Shown here: positions 26,119 to 33,986 of the stretch, in pieces
How the letters are laid out: the number at the start of each line of letters is the position of its first letter
Position numbering within the stretch: the first letter of the stretch is position 1
From: an uncultured Christensenella sp.
GTDB taxonomy: Bacteria > Bacillota > Clostridia > Christensenellales > Aristaeellaceae
DNA length: 36,689 bases
NCBI GenBank assembly: GCA_964544245.1
Contig: CAZJCB010000002.1
Location: 1 to 36,689 of the forward strand
Reading direction: 5' to 3'
The notes under the pieces: model-generated
Told to the model about the DNA's origin: nothing
The model's input: only the letters and a program-made list of their open reading frames with translations
The model's database searches: none
Translations under genes and position numbers: made by a program

Positions 26119-27383
26119 GCCGTCAGCAAGAGGACGGGGCCCTGTTTGCGAACGTCCAGCACGTGGCAGCTACCTTTACCAAACAGCGCTTCCATCCCGA
26201 GGGTAAACTCATCCAGCAAATCAAAGGGTACAAAGTTCAGGGTCGTCCCGGCGAATCCCCCGCCATGCACCCGGCAGGCTCCCCGCCCGCCCAGGGCAGA
26301 CTGAGCCCTGGCCAGCGCCAGCGCCATGGGCTGTCCGCGGCTGCTGACAGAGATGTTTTGCAGCAGAGTCCAGGACGACAGCCCCGAAGACGCCACGGCG
26401 CCAAAAAAAGCCCCGATGTCCTTATCCTTCAGCGCACAAACCGCCTCAGTCACCCGCTGGTTTTCCTGGTAATAGTGCATCGCGCGCAGCGCCGCCATAT
26501 CGCCCGCCTCTTGCCGGACTCGAGGCAGGGCTTTCAGCAGTTGCTGATAGGAACTTTCCCTGAGGAGACTGACGCCCAACGAGCGGGCGGCCGCCTTCAT
26601 GTCAGCGGGGATCGCGCTGTAAGCGTCCGTCAGATCGTCATGGCTGCCGCCGGTATTGACGATGGTCATCGCGTAGCCTGCCTTCGCGAATGAAAAGTGC
26701 AGGGACTCAACCAAAGGCGGGTCATCCTTGAAGTCTATGGCGACAATACCGCCGAAAGAGGACGCCATCTGGTCCATCAGCCCGCTGGGCTTCATGAAAA
26801 AGGCGTTTTCCGCTTTCTGGCTGAGCTGGGCGCGGCTGACGGGGTCAAGTGTGAAACCGTTGTACAGCGCGTCGAGTATGGCGCAGACGAGCACCTCAAA
26901 TGCAGCGGAAGAAGACAGGCCCGAACCGGACAGCACGTCCGAACTCATGACCGCGTCAAACCCTCCTATCGCATAGCCTTTTTCCCTCATCCCCGCGGCC
27001 ACCCCGCGGATGAGCGCAGCGGAACTGCCGGCTTCAGAGGCAACCGGCTGCAAATGTTCCAGGCTGAGGCTGATCGGCGCGTAGCCATCGCTTTTCAGTG
27101 TTACTTTCAGGTCTTCCCGGAGACTGGCCGCGGCGGCAATGTCCAGATTGACCGCCGCTGCCAGCACCATGCCGCGGTTGTGGTCAGTGTGGTTGCCAAC
27201 CAATTCGGCTCTCCCCGGCGCGCACAGCAGGGACAGTGAATCCGCGGTGTGAAAAGACTGCTGATGCTGTCTGACAAGCCGCTGGAAGCGTTCCTTCGGC
27301 CTGTTGTTGTCCCCGTACAGGGCGGCCAGCATGGACTGCGTCTTTTCTCCCTTCAACGCATTGATTGCATGCTCATAAACCAT
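26115..27383 (-). CDS. GHMP-family sugar-1-kinase, galactokinase-like with a variant sugar-binding motif
   Basis: Galactokinase-signature position reads GRAELVGNHTDHNRG (nt 27171-27215). GHMP motif II is SGSGLSSSAAFEV and motif III is RVHGGGFAGT. 422 aa. The ATG overlaps the upstream SBP gene by 11 nt. Confidence 0.8.
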   Translation of the reverse strand: MVYEHAINALKGEKTQSMLAALYGDNNRPKERFQRLVRQHQQSFHTADSLSLLCAPGRAELVGNHTDHNRGMVLAAAVNLDIAAAASLREDLKVTLKSDGYAPISLSLEHLQPVASEAGSSAALIRGVAAGMREKGYAIGGFDAVMSSDVLSGSGLSSSAAFEVLVCAILDALYNGFTLDPVSRAQLSQKAENAFFMKPSGLMDQMASSFGGIVAIDFKDDPPLVESLHFSFAKAGYAMTIVNTGGSHDDLTDAYSAIPADMKAAARSLGVSLLRESSYQQLLKALPRVRQEAGDMAALRAMHYYQENQRVTEAVCALKDKDIGAFFGAVASSGLSSWTLLQNISVSSRGQPMALALARAQSALGGRGACRVHGGGFAGTTLNFVPFDLLDEFTLGMEALFGKGSCHVLDVRKQGPVLLLTA

Positions 27384-28896
27384 TGCCCATCAGCCCCCTG
27401 TCATTGATCCGCTGCCAGAACGCGAGGAACTCCGCAAGCCCCAGCCTGTCCAACTCTTCCCTGAAGGCAAGGAACTGCTCCTCGCTTGTTTCCCACTCCC
27501 CAAGCACAAAACGCGCGACGGACTCATCCACATACCGCCCGATGGTCATCTGCAGCGCCGCGATTTCCGCTTCCTCCGTCCCGCTGAGTGAAAACGGCGG
27601 GAAGGGGTTGACAGAAAAGCCCGCGACCTTTTCTGTCTGCTCCGTCAGCTGCCTGACCATCCGGTCGGTATAGCGGCGCTGGAACTCTTCGCTGGAGATG
27701 CCCGGGGCAAAATTGTCAGTGGCGATGATGGCACCGGACAGGTATGCCTGGCTGGCCCCCTCCTGCAGCAGCCGCCAGCTGCCGTCTCCATCTACCACAT
27801 AATCCTCGTTTTCCTTCCCGACGCCGGCAAGAACTGCCCCCTCCTGCGTGTACAGCCAGTCGACCCACTCAAGTGCCGCCGCTATGTCATCGCAGGCGCT
27901 GGTCAGGGCAAAAGCGCCCGTAAACACAGGGCTGGCGATGGCACGGTATACCTGAAGGCCTTCATAGGGGATCGGCGGCATTGCCTGATACTGCCCCGCC
28001 CATTCCACCGGCACCAGGTTGGTCGGAATCGGAGCGAAAAACGCGCCAAACCTGTTGACAGCCTTCGCGTCCGTCTGGCGGCGCAGGGAATCGATCGTTG
28101 TGAAGCCGTCCCTGTCCAGCAGGCCGGCCTGCCACACTTCGCTGAGCCATATGATGAATGGCCGGAACTGGTCTTCAAGCGGCATAAAGCGAACGGTGCC
28201 GTCCCGGACGAAGACGTTGAAATCATTCGCCACAAGGCCCCATGCATGTCCCAGGTATTTCAGGTCATAAGGGCCGTTGAAACTCAGGGGGATCTCATCA
28301 CTGCGCCCGTTGCGGTTTGGATCCCTTGACGCGAAGGCTTCCAATGCCAGGCGAAGCTCATCGATTGTGCCCGGCATGCCGAGTTTCAGTTCATCCAGCC
28401 AGGATTGATTGATCCACAGGGCGTTCTGCCCAGGGGATAACGATATATAGGGAAGCGCCGGAATCTCGCCGCCAGGAAGGGTGACCGCCTTGAGGATCTC
28501 CTCATCCCCCTGCATCAGCGCGTAAAAGGCCGGTGCATGCGCCTGAAGGTGAGGCGCAAGGTCGATCAGCACGCCGGCTTCAAATAAATCCTTTGTCAGG
28601 GCAGGGGTCAGCCTGCCCTTGAACAGGACATCCGGCAGATCCGGGTCTCCCTGCTTCATGCCTTTGACCTTCGCGTAATAATCGTCAAGGTCGCTGAACT
28701 GGCGGAACTGGAAGCCCAGCCCGCTGATTTCCTGCATACGCTTGAAGAACAGGTTGTCCGCCCAGACACGGTTGTTCTCAGCCGCTTCAAAGCCCATCAT
28801 CGTCATTTCCCGCTGCCCACCCTCCACTGAAAAAGCTGGCAGGGAAAGCGAGCATACAAGGAGCAGGGTCAAGAGGAATGCCGTTCGGTTGCGCAA
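27373..28896 (-). CDS. Extracellular solute-binding protein, large (about 500 aa) LplA/YtcQ-like carbohydrate ABC-type SBP
   Basis: N-terminal signal peptide MRNRTAFLLTLLLVCSLSLPAFS with a possible (atypical LLVC) lipobox. The size and sequence character fit family-1 sugar SBPs (WINQSWLDELKL, RDPNRNGRSDEIPLSF). TTG start with a GGAGGG SD. No permease or ATPase genes are adjacent. Confidence 0.75.
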   Translation of the reverse strand: MRNRTAFLLTLLLVCSLSLPAFSVEGGQREMTMMGFEAAENNRVWADNLFFKRMQEISGLGFQFRQFSDLDDYYAKVKGMKQGDPDLPDVLFKGRLTPALTKDLFEAGVLIDLAPHLQAHAPAFYALMQGDEEILKAVTLPGGEIPALPYISLSPGQNALWINQSWLDELKLGMPGTIDELRLALEAFASRDPNRNGRSDEIPLSFNGPYDLKYLGHAWGLVANDFNVFVRDGTVRFMPLEDQFRPFIIWLSEVWQAGLLDRDGFTTIDSLRRQTDAKAVNRFGAFFAPIPTNLVPVEWAGQYQAMPPIPYEGLQVYRAIASPVFTGAFALTSACDDIAAALEWVDWLYTQEGAVLAGVGKENEDYVVDGDGSWRLLQEGASQAYLSGAIIATDNFAPGISSEEFQRRYTDRMVRQLTEQTEKVAGFSVNPFPPFSLSGTEEAEIAALQMTIGRYVDESVARFVLGEWETSEEQFLAFREELDRLGLAEFLAFWQRINDRGLMGNGL

Positions 28897-28957
28897 ATTG
28901 AAGCCCTCCGATGTTTGATCCGTGCCATTGTATCGGAAACCAGCCTGGGATTCCAGC

Positions 28958-29710
28958 CTACAACAGCAGGCTGACCAGCCAGAGTATCAGGAGGTGGCCG
29001 GGATAAGCCAGGTAGGACAGCCATTTGGGAATCTTCAGGCCGCTGTCGGTATTGGCCAGCATCAGCGGCAGCGACAGGACGGCCAGCGACTGGAGCTTGA
29101 ACAGGCTGAAGAACTCACTCATGGACCGGTTGAAGGGTGCCAGCGGCGTTCCGGTCAACGCGGCGATTAAACCTCGGGGAATCGCGGAACCGCCCGCACC
29201 CCAGTACAGACAGAAAGAAACCATCAGGGCGGCCAACCCGCCGCGGCTGTCCCGCGCAAGGTGCATGAGGATGATCAGCAGCACGCCCCGCCAGCCGTAA
29301 TCCATCCTGAAAGCCGCCGCAACCAGCAGGACAAGCACAGGACCCCAGAACTGGCTGAAATGCCATCTGGCACGGATCCCCTGAATACCCAGCAGGCCCA
29401 GCAGCAAGGTGGCCATCACGTTGAATTCATGCCAGTCATGGCTGAGCGCGAGCATATAGAAAGGCTGAGTAACTGCGGCCAGAACCAGCAGGCGAAGGGC
29501 ATACCGCCGCCAATCCCTTGTCCGCTCAAGGCCGATTACGATACCCCAGCAGAACAGGGGGAACGCGATGCGGCCAATGACCCTGAGGAACGTTTCGGAC
29601 GGAAAGAAAATGACGCCCACGTGGTCGACGACCATCGTGAGAACCGCTATGATTTTGAGCAGAGACTGGTCCCGGTTCGGCAAGGCATCCGCCGGCCTGA
29701 TTCCATTCAT
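28958..29710 (-). CDS. TraX family membrane protein (putative acyltransferase-like)
   Basis: LKIIAVLTMVVDHVGVIFFP plus multiple TM spans typical of TraX. I prefer ATG 29710 (250 aa) because GAGGTGG lies upstream and a TTGCGC-17-TATACT promoter (29757-29729) sits inside the longer ORF. The ORF track extends to 29791. Confidence 0.72.
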   Translation of the reverse strand: MNGIRPADALPNRDQSLLKIIAVLTMVVDHVGVIFFPSETFLRVIGRIAFPLFCWGIVIGLERTRDWRRYALRLLVLAAVTQPFYMLALSHDWHEFNVMATLLLGLLGIQGIRARWHFSQFWGPVLVLLVAAAFRMDYGWRGVLLIILMHLARDSRGGLAALMVSFCLYWGAGGSAIPRGLIAALTGTPLAPFNRSMSEFFSLFKLQSLAVLSLPLMLANTDSGLKIPKWLSYLAYPGHLLILWLVSLLL

Positions 29711-29825
29711 TCGCGCCACCTCATGAGCAGTATAAATCGCGCGGAGCCCACGCGCAAGCGCCTTGAGGCCTTCTTGCCGGGTATCCTTCATATATGTTAG
29801 GATACCTGCTTGAAAGGAGCCATGG

Positions 29826-30590
29826 ATGACCGCACAAAACCTGACAGCACTGGACAGCGCAGCGCTTGCCGCCCGGACAATCCTGGAGAGCAGCGGGGAA
29901 ACCTACAGGGCCGAGGAAACCGCCCTGCGCATGGGTGCGGCGTTCGGCTTGAAAGACGTCCAGATCATGGCTTTCCCCACCGGTTTTGTCATATCTGCAA
30001 CCATCGGCAGCCATAACGAAAGCCGCGTCTTCCGCGTGCTGGACCGCAGTATCTGCCTGGACAGGATCGACCTCGTCAATGCGGTCTCCAGGGAAGCGGA
30101 GTTTGGCGGAATCAGCGCCGGAGAAGCGTATGACAGGCTTCAGAAGATCAGGTGCGAAGCCCCTGCCCCGCTCTGGCGGACGAACCTGGCATACGCTATG
30201 ACCGCCGCATTTTTCAGTGTCATGTTCGGCGGAAAGGTCATTGGTTTCATCCTGTGCGCGCTGATCGGTTCACTCACCCACCTGGCGCAGCAGCCGCTTG
30301 TCCGCCTGCGCATTCCCGGCCAGCTCCGTTCCTTTTTGCTGGGATTTTTCGCGGCGTTCCTCTCAATCACTTCACTCAGGCTTTTTTCAGGCTCTCAGGA
30401 GGCAGTCATCACTGGGGTTATCATGCCCCTGTTGCCTGGACTGGCCATGACCAATGCTATCAGGGACACCATGCGCGGAGACCTGATATCCGGGCTTGCC
30501 CGCGGCGCTGAAGCCCTGATTTCCGCAGTCCTGCTTTCTGCGGGTGTGGCCAGCGCGCTGCTGGTCGGGGGCGCCCTTTGGACCGGTTGA
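29826..30590 (+). CDS. Threonine/serine exporter family protein, ThrE N-terminal-type subunit (DUF1212)
   Basis: AEETALRMGAAFGLKDVQIMAFPTGFVIS, IMPLLPGLAMTNAIRDTMRGDLISG. AAAGGAG SD precedes ATG 29826. Confidence 0.8.
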   Translation: MTAQNLTALDSAALAARTILESSGETYRAEETALRMGAAFGLKDVQIMAFPTGFVISATIGSHNESRVFRVLDRSICLDRIDLVNAVSREAEFGGISAGEAYDRLQKIRCEAPAPLWRTNLAYAMTAAFFSVMFGGKVIGFILCALIGSLTHLAQQPLVRLRIPGQLRSFLLGFFAAFLSITSLRLFSGSQEAVITGVIMPLLPGLAMTNAIRDTMRGDLISGLARGAEALISAVLLSAGVASALLVGGALWTG

Positions 30591-31045
30591 TCCAGGCGCT
30601 TGCCTGCATGGCCGCGGCCAGCTTTTTTGGTCTGATCCTGCGGCAGCCCAGATCGACGCTGTTCTTTTCAGCGCTCATCGGCCTTCTGGGCTACGCGGCC
30701 TTTACGCTGACAGGGGGCGGCCTGCTGGCCTATTTTATTTCCGGCCTCCTGGTCGGCATCCTGTGCGAACTGACCGCGCGCATACTGCAGCGGACGACCA
30801 CCTTGTTCCTTATCAGCGCCATTATTCCCACCGTGCCCGGCCTTGGCATGTACCGTTCCATGATGGCGCTGGCAGGGCATGATTATCCCATTGCCCTTGC
30901 CATCGGGGTAGAGACCATCGCCGGAATCGGCGCCATCGCCCTCGCGCTGACCATCGCCACCGCCCTGTTCAGCAGCATCCAACCCCTCAAGACAAAGATG
31001 AACCAGGACAGAAGGAGACAACATGCACCTATTGATAACCAATGA
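30578..31045 (+). CDS. Threonine/serine exporter family protein, small subunit (DUF3815-type)
   Basis: Four or five hydrophobic spans, IIPTVPGLGMYRSM motif, and the usual pairing with the preceding gene. The start is uncertain: TTG 30578, TTG 30587 or ATG 30608. Confidence 0.75.
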   Translation: MDRLIQALACMAAASFFGLILRQPRSTLFFSALIGLLGYAAFTLTGGGLLAYFISGLLVGILCELTARILQRTTTLFLISAIIPTVPGLGMYRSMMALAGHDYPIALAIGVETIAGIGAIALALTIATALFSSIQPLKTKMNQDRRRQHAPIDNQ

Positions 31046-31784
31046 CGACGGGGTCAGCGCTCCAGGCATCCTGACACTGGCCAGGGTGGCCGCGTCGGCA
31101 GGCCACTCTGTCGTGGTAGCCGCGCCTGCCACTCAGCAAAGCGCGACCGGGCACCGGCTTACCATCAGCGAATCCCTGATGGTGACAGAGCGGCATCTGG
31201 ATCCCGGCTTTGAGGCATACGCAATCAACGGGACACCCGTGGACTGCGTCCGCATCGGGCGGCGGATCAGCTGCACACCATTTGACTTCTGCCTCTCCGG
31301 AATCAACGACGGCATCAATGCCGGAACCGACCTGTTCTATTCCGGCACCGCGGCTGCCGCCCGTGAGGCTGCCATGCTGTACCTGCCCAGCATGGCCATC
31401 TCCATTGATACCGGCGCTGACGAGGACATGCGCACCATGCTCGCCGAGCATGCCCTGCTGATCATGGATTACATCCTCAAGCATCCTATGCCCAGGCTGA
31501 CCTTCTGCAACCTCAACGCTCCCAGCCTGCCGAGGGACCAGGTGAAACACGCAAAAATCGCCCCGCTTGGGCAAAGCTTTTACCTGGACGAATATGTCGA
31601 ACGCGTCAACCCACGCGGCCAGAGATATTTTTGGATCGAGGACGGCGCCATGATCGAACCGCCCGAGGATGGAACCGACAAGCAGCTGCTGAAAGCCGGC
31701 CATATGACTGTTTCCTTTGTCGGAGGATTCCAGGACAACAACAAGCTGTATTACCCCAGGCTTGAAGATGCCCTCAAAGGCTGA
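31023..31784 (+). CDS. surE: 5'/3'-nucleotidase SurE
   Basis: MHLLITNDDGVSAPGILTLA, SGINDGINAGTDLFYSGTAAAAREA. Confidence 0.9.
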   Translation: MHLLITNDDGVSAPGILTLARVAASAGHSVVVAAPATQQSATGHRLTISESLMVTERHLDPGFEAYAINGTPVDCVRIGRRISCTPFDFCLSGINDGINAGTDLFYSGTAAAAREAAMLYLPSMAISIDTGADEDMRTMLAEHALLIMDYILKHPMPRLTFCNLNAPSLPRDQVKHAKIAPLGQSFYLDEYVERVNPRGQRYFWIEDGAMIEPPEDGTDKQLLKAGHMTVSFVGGFQDNNKLYYPRLEDALKG

Positions 31785-33021
31785 CGTCATCGTCATCGGC
31801 GGCGGACCCGCCGGGATGGCAGCCGCGAACTTCGCAAAATCCGCAGGCGCCGCCCCGCTGCTGCTGGACCACAATGAGAAGCTGGGCAAGAAGCTCTACA
31901 TCACCGGAAAAGGCCGCTGCAACCTGAGCAACCTTTGCGAAATCGAGGAGTTCCTGGAGAACGTGCCGCGCAACCCCCGGTTCCTTTTTGCGGCGCTCGC
32001 CTTCCTCCCCCCCCGAAAACTCATGGAGTGGCTGGACGTGCTGGGATGCCCGACCGTGGTCGAGCGAGGACGGAGGGTGTTCCCGGCCAGCCAGAAGGCC
32101 TCCGATGTCACGCGGGCGCTGTCAAAAAGCCTGCCAGGGGAGGCGGTCCGGCTGAAAACCAAGGCGGAAGCTTTAATGATACAGGATGGCCGGGCCCAGG
32201 GGGTCAGGCTGTCCACGGGCGAGGAAATCCATGCCGCCGCGGTCGTGCTGGCGACCGGAGGTCTTTCCTATCCGCTTACCGGTTCAACCGGAGACGGCCA
32301 TCGAATGGCAGCTGCGGCAGGGCATCAGGTCAGCGAACTGCATCCCTCCCTCACCGGCCTGGAGACGCAGGAAACCTGGCCGCAGACGCTGCAGGGCCTG
32401 GCTTTGAAAAACGTTTCCCTGAACGCTGAATGGCCAAAAAAGGGATGCTTTCATCAACTGGGAGAACTGCTGTTCACCCACTTTGGCATCTCAGGCCCCC
32501 TGTCGCTGACGCTGAGCAGTTACCTGGCCGGGCTTCCGCTTGATGGGGTCGAAGCGTTTATCGACCTGAAGCCCGCGCTGGACCACACCGTCCTGTCACG
32601 CAGACTGGAGGGTGATATAAAAAGCGGAGGAAAAAAGATGCTGCAAAGCCTGCTGCCGGCCTATATGCCCTTAAGACTCGCCAGCCTTTTTCCGGAAATC
32701 GCAGGCCTGCCTGGAACCAGGCAAGCCGGCCAGCTGAGCGTTGCTGAGCGGGAACGCATTGCCTTTTTTATGAAGCGGCTGCCGCTTCATTTCGTGCGTC
32801 ACAGGCCGTTCACTGAGGCGGTCATTACCCGCGGCGGGGTTTCAGTCCGTGAAGTTAACCCGTCCACGATGGAATCCCGCCTTGTCAAAGGGTTGTTCTT
32901 CGCCGGCGAACTCCTGGACCTGGACGCGCTGACCGGCGGATTCAACCTTCAGATAGCCTTTTCCACCGGCGCACTGGCAGGGCACAGCGCTGCCATGAGC
33001 CATGTACAATCTCACCAGTAA
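31768..33021 (+). CDS. HI0933/BaiN-family FAD-dependent flavoprotein
   Basis: DVIVIGGGPAGMAAA dinucleotide fold, ITGKGRCNLSN, VVLATGGLSYPLTGSTGDG, GLFFAGELLDLDALTGGFNLQIAFSTG. ATG 31768 (MPSKADV) overlaps the surE 3' end by 17 nt. Confidence 0.85.
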   Translation: MPSKADVIVIGGGPAGMAAANFAKSAGAAPLLLDHNEKLGKKLYITGKGRCNLSNLCEIEEFLENVPRNPRFLFAALAFLPPRKLMEWLDVLGCPTVVERGRRVFPASQKASDVTRALSKSLPGEAVRLKTKAEALMIQDGRAQGVRLSTGEEIHAAAVVLATGGLSYPLTGSTGDGHRMAAAAGHQVSELHPSLTGLETQETWPQTLQGLALKNVSLNAEWPKKGCFHQLGELLFTHFGISGPLSLTLSSYLAGLPLDGVEAFIDLKPALDHTVLSRRLEGDIKSGGKKMLQSLLPAYMPLRLASLFPEIAGLPGTRQAGQLSVAERERIAFFMKRLPLHFVRHRPFTEAVITRGGVSVREVNPSTMESRLVKGLFFAGELLDLDALTGGFNLQIAFSTGALAGHSAAMSHVQSHQ

Positions 33022-33032
33022 CGGAGCGTAAA

Positions 33033-33986
33033 GTGCACTATATCGTGATGGACCTTGAATGGAACCAGCCCCTCTCCCACCGCAGCGCGCAGTTCCAGCG
33101 CGTTGGAAAACAGCTTATGTTTGACATCATCCAGATCGGCGCCGTCAAACTGGACGGGGAACGCCGGATGGTCGGCTCATTCAACCAGTTTATCCAGCCA
33201 GGCTGCTACAGGAAACTGCATCCGCGCATTGCCCGCATCACCGGAATCACCCAGGAGGACCTCTATGGCGCGCCGGGCTTTACGCAAGCCTTTGAACGCT
33301 TTACCGCTTGGTGCGCAGAGGACGTCGCGCTGACTACCTGGGGAAGCGACGATATCTCCGTGTTCCAGCAGAACCTGAACTTCTACCTCAAAGATGAGCG
33401 CGGAATGCCCCCGGTCTATGACTTGCAGCGCCTTTTCGGGAAAATTGAAGGGGAAAGCAAGAACAGGGCCGGGCTGCAAAACGCGATGAGGCGGCTAGGC
33501 ATCGAGGCGAGCACGGACCATCCCTTCCACAGCGCGGTCAGCGACGCTTATTATACCGCCCTGGTGTTTCAACGGTTCCCTGATGCCGCGGAAGTTCTCA
33601 ATTACCCTCAGTCTGCCCGCGAAATGTCCCCCGCCAAATCGAACGGCAGGGACGATAAGGCAGACGAACTCCGTTTTTCCACCATCATCCAGGCACTGTC
33701 AAGCCGGCCCGCCAGGCAGCCGAACTGCCCGGTTTGCGGTAAAAGCATGACGCTGCCTGAGGGGTACGCGCCGGTACGGGATGACGCCTGGCGCGCGCTG
33801 GCGGACTGCCCGGACCACGGACTGGTTTTTGTCGACCTGCTGCTGGACAAAAACATTGAAGGGAGAACCTGTGTAAAGCGCCGCACGGCGCTGTCTGAAC
33901 AGCAGAGTCCCGCCTATGTCAAAACCAAACACCTTCAGTGGGCTGGTAAAGTCGCGGTGCTGAAAGAGAAGGAAGTATCGGTATGA
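33033..33986 (+). CDS. DEDDh 3'-5' exonuclease (KapD/ERI-1-like) with a C-terminal Cys/His extension
   Basis: ExoI IVMDLEWN, ExoII TWGSDDISVF, ExoIII HSAVSDAYYTA. The C-terminal 130 aa contain CPVCGKS...CPDHG. GTG start with a GGAG SD. Confidence 0.75.
   Translation: MHYIVMDLEWNQPLSHRSAQFQRVGKQLMFDIIQIGAVKLDGERRMVGSFNQFIQPGCYRKLHPRIARITGITQEDLYGAPGFTQAFERFTAWCAEDVALTTWGSDDISVFQQNLNFYLKDERGMPPVYDLQRLFGKIEGESKNRAGLQNAMRRLGIEASTDHPFHSAVSDAYYTALVFQRFPDAAEVLNYPQSAREMSPAKSNGRDDKADELRFSTIIQALSSRPARQPNCPVCGKSMTLPEGYAPVRDDAWRALADCPDHGLVFVDLLLDKNIEGRTCVKRRTALSEQQSPAYVKTKHLQWAGKVAVLKEKEVSV

Noticed and set aside
31029-31889. 286-aa minus-strand ORF opposite surE and the flavoprotein gene. Similar long antisense ORFs occur at 3209-4051, 5682-6506, 8146-9111, 10371-11144, 12884-13372, 17122-17787, 18689-19342, 26007-26693 and 34094-34891
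   Set aside because: All are mirror frames of confidently assigned genes, several cross gene boundaries, and none shows a domain signature or SD. This is the expected consequence of GC-rich codon bias.
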